In this document: in pieces, positions 60,481 through 64,000 of the stretch
Layout: each line of letters starts with the position of its first letter
Numbering within the stretch: the first letter of the stretch is position 1
Origin: Mobula birostris
Lineage: Eukaryota
Assembly: GCF_030028105.1 (NCBI RefSeq)
Contig: NC_092379.1
Location: 28,141,821 to 28,205,820, forward strand
Length of the DNA stretch: 64,000 nucleotides
Direction of reading: 5' to 3'
Notes under the pieces: generated by a model
The model's input: the letters and a program-made list of their open reading frames with translations, nothing else
Told to the model about the DNA's origin: nothing
The model's database searches: none
Made by a program: the position numbers and the translations under genes

Positions 60481-63239
60481 AATTCTCAAGTTTCATGTGA
60501 CATTTCGCCGCTGTAATGCCTTCTTTGTAATTGTGCCCAGTATAAATCCACAGTACTGTCAATAGTCACGCGTTTGATATTGCTCATCCTTTCACTTTCA
60601 CTTACGTTTGGTTTGTCTTCCATCCGCTTCCATTCCTGAAGTTCAAAATGAATTTTGGTCTTACTAAGACTACAGTCAAGTAGCTGATCTCTATAGCTGC
60701 CATACGCCTCTTCGTCACTATCTGAAATTATGCAAACAATATTTTGTTGTCGTGAAATTTATCCATAGCGTTAGAGTTGAGCCAAGCCACAGTATCGTGC
60801 TTGTAGTAAGGGTCGATGATTGGGTATGGTTGAAGTGCGGCAATGTTGCTCGTCATCAAGGATGAGATGTATGTTATTTCCAATGCGTACAGCAGGTGAT
60901 CTCCCATTAGAAGATCTAGTCCAGTTGCGGGGGGAGGTATTGACTCCCGGGTTTTGAGGGTGTTGATTAAAGCTGAGTCCTGCTGATGGCTAAGCAGAAA
61001 GGCATCCCAAAACTGATTTTTTTATACAAAATTAAATCTCAAAAGGAAGTCTCCAACTATGCGATGTAAAGTTGACCCAACTGTTTGTTATTATTCTCCA
61101 GGCATTTTTGTCTTATTTTCACTTGCGACAAAGTTGTGGTGACAATAATGAAACTATCAAGAAACATTTCATCATTTTCCTACTTTAGAGACATTTGACA
61201 ATGTTGCAGTTAAGGATTGCATCATTTGAATTTTACATGTTTGAAATTTCTCTACAGATTTAGCTGTGTATCAGCAGAACTCACATCTTGAATGTGTTGA
61301 TACCTGGATTTTTGTGTTAGGTTTTCAGTAACTCTAGCCGTTGATATTCACATCTACCGTGAAGAAACAGAAATACCTGCTGCAGCTCTTCTATTTCCGC
61401 CTTTGCATCATACTTGAATTCGGTAATATATTTACGCAAAGAAAAGCAGAACGCTGTATAACAGCAGAGCTCGAGCTCGTTTAGCGGGCTCTTGTACATC
61501 TTCGTGTGCAGGTTCAACCTAGCAAATATCTGAGAAGAAGATAGAAAATATAAATTTTCCCATATTCCGTGGTCTGCAAGTTAACATGACGCAATGGGAA
61601 TGCCCGCCCCCACGATTGCCCAGTAAGCAGAGTCTACAAACACTCGGAGGCACTGGAAGCAACTGCACAAAATAAACTCTGGGCTTTCTTCATGTTTCAA
61701 AGAGGACTACACAAATAATAAACGCAATCATCTTCTCAATAAATTCTTAAGTTATTCAGAGAAAAGCTAAATTCGTAGCCACCAATGGGAAACGAAGAAA
61801 TATGGCGTGCCAGAAGTTTTACCTCATGTCTGATCTCTCTTATGTTCTGCCTGAAATCGACCAAAGATTATTACTGACTGCATTATCTCCTGTGTGGCAT
61901 AGTTACTTCGTAACACTGCCTTTCATATTTCTGGCATCGTCTGACTCAACGTGTAAGCGCAGATTGATGACAGTTTTCTCCAAGACGCCCTCCAGCTGCA
62001 TCACCTTCGGGCACTGCCGAGCGTCACTTTGCAAATAAGGTTGACATACAAAGAATTTGATCCACTTTTTACATACTTTGGCCGGTTGCGAGCTGACCTT
62101 TCGAATCCTGCACCACGTTTAAGAGACTTTTTTGCTGTGTCACGGTTTTGATACTATTGGATGTCTCTTGTGGTTCGTTGCTTCAGACAGAGTTTGTTGT
62201 ATTTTTATTCCGACAGTCCCTTTCCATTGTATGGTTACAGAATTACATAGCCGGGGAACGTTACTGAGAAGGTTGATTTCTCCTCGGTAACTTGTTTTTC
62301 ACTGTGATAATCGACACTAATCTAAAACACTACTTTGATACCGGAGGTTAGTCTAGAATTGTACTGCAATATTCGAACACACTCCAGCTACCCTGCAACG
62401 ACGCTTATTAAATTTAAGGTTGTAGTTTGTTCGAGATGTTGATTGTGATATATTATTTATTTTACTGTTACACGGGGGTCATCAAAGCACTGTGGTACGG
62501 TTGCTTTTTTTAAAACAACTTTCCAAATAAAAAAAAAAGAACAATGATTTCAATGTAACTTATCAAGGAAATCGTGTCCATCCAGATATGTTCCGGAACA
62601 GACAACAACGACAAAAATTGTTGCGGATTCCAACAGAGAATGTAAATCTCAAAGCGACGGATCAGACCAATGGTACGACATAACAGCAAAATATACATAA
62701 CCATCCTTAGACTGACAATGTGTCACAATATATTTTGCACTGGACAAGAATTCGCTCTCAAATTCCACTAGCTCGATAGAGGGCGAAGTCATCAACATAA
62801 ATATTGCTGGCAAGGCACTGTGGAAACAAACCCTAACGAATGTCTGAAGGCTTAATTGAATAGTTTTAAAATATCGAGTGTTCAGCACGAACGCAATGGC
62901 ATTCTCTTATATATTTTATTTATGTTTTTGCTTTTTGATATTTTAACTATGCTCACACCATAATTTGATTACATGACTCCTGTGGTGTTTAACATCACGG
63001 AACATTCAGCCTCAAACATTACGTTACCACAGTGGTCAATAACAATAGATGAAATTTTGAAGGCGTGACCGATGAATAGACCAAATATTTTTGAAAGACG
63101 TGTTCATATTCTGATCAGACAAAACTTCCCATCAATATCAAAAGGACCCACAGTAACGTGATCTGACAAAACAACCATAATATCGCTGGGGATTTCAGTC
63201 AACGACTTGTAAACACACTTCTGATATATTTCATAAACA

Positions 63240-63850
63240 TAATGACTCTCACATCGATCTTTACTATACCTCTTTCCACACATTCATTGGTAAAAAATGT
63301 CACCTTTTCTCATTGTTTCCCAGTCTCCTCCGTGTTCTCCTCTCAGTCTGATGCTTTCACTAAAAGCGAAAGAACATCTGAGATGACATCATTCTGTAAA
63401 GTACGGGGTTTCCCTTTCTCAAAAATTGATACATCCCTCGCACCCATCTACTCCATTTTGGATCGACCCATCGCCATGAGAGGGATTAATTTTCCATTGT
63501 ACTTACGAGACACAGCCAGCACATCACTCCACGTAACTTCTGCTATCGTCCACGAAATATATTTATAAGCACAACTTTCTCTCAACCTTTACAATGTTTG
63601 TGTTTTCTACAGGGATCACCCTCTCTGTGACTCTATTGTCATGCGCATCTGAATACGGGTCTCCATGCAGTCACTTATCTCTGCCAATGGAATATCTGAT
63701 GAAGTTACTCATTCACCCGCTCGCTTACCACCAATCATGGTCATGAAACAGTCTTTCCAGATGATTCAGTAGTTTATCTCCCTGTCGTTCGTGGGAATCT
63801 TTTTTTTTTCTGACTCTCCAGGTGCTGCCTAGCCTGACGCAATGACATCC
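63240..63850 (+). mobile_element. Decayed Penelope-like fragment
   Basis: RTSEMTSFCKVRGFP and nearby sequence parallel the element at 29391-30856. Confidence 0.6.
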
Positions 63851-64000
63851 AGCTAAGTTGGTAAGCTTCGTCGTGCATCTTCGCTCTGTCCCCTAAAACA
63901 AGTTCAAAGTTCAAAGAAAATTTACTAGCAACGTATAAACATGTCACCATAATATACCGTCAGATCATTTTCTTGGGCGCCTACTGTGGAAATTCATCAA

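Noticed and set aside
61377-61529. Resemblance to a helical-cytokine exon (153 nt, phase 0, CC and TAFCF motifs)
   Set aside because: Cysteine position and spacing do not match IL-10-family exon 3 or the IL-2/15/21 motif, so no gene name was assigned.
47018-64000. Search for TCR-delta D/J or a constant exon downstream of cassette 2
   Set aside because: No further RSS-flanked segment, FGxG J motif or C1 exon was found by eye; they must lie beyond the window if present.

Overview
Vertebrate genomic DNA, almost certainly from a cartilaginous fish (shark or ray): it carries elasmobranch-type CR1, Penelope and V-SINE repeats and NAR-type antigen-receptor segments. Most of the window is decayed mobile DNA: a class I (epsilon/gamma-like) ERV, about 7 CR1 copies, a full-length L1, Rex1, Penelope, BEL/Pao, Gypsy and an Ingi/Vingi-like LINE. 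The biological core is a ~5.6 kb duplicated unit (32042-37594 and 41421-47017). Each copy holds a complete NAR-TCR cassette on the + strand: leader, IgNAR-like V (22-bp RSS), D (12/12 RSS), J (23-bp RSS, splice donor), a ~1 kb intron, then a leaderless supporting TCR-delta-like V (23-bp RSS). Cassette 2 reads intact. Cassette 1 has lesions in both V exons but keeps its RSSs and splice sites. NAR-TCR itself is a known system. Features I cannot place in the known model are a second, near-consensus 23-RSS 22 nt behind each supporting V, two relic 12-RSSs between V and D, and a possible dead leader exon for the supporting V. No constant region, rRNA, tRNA gene or CRISPR array was found. All calls are by eye, without database searches.
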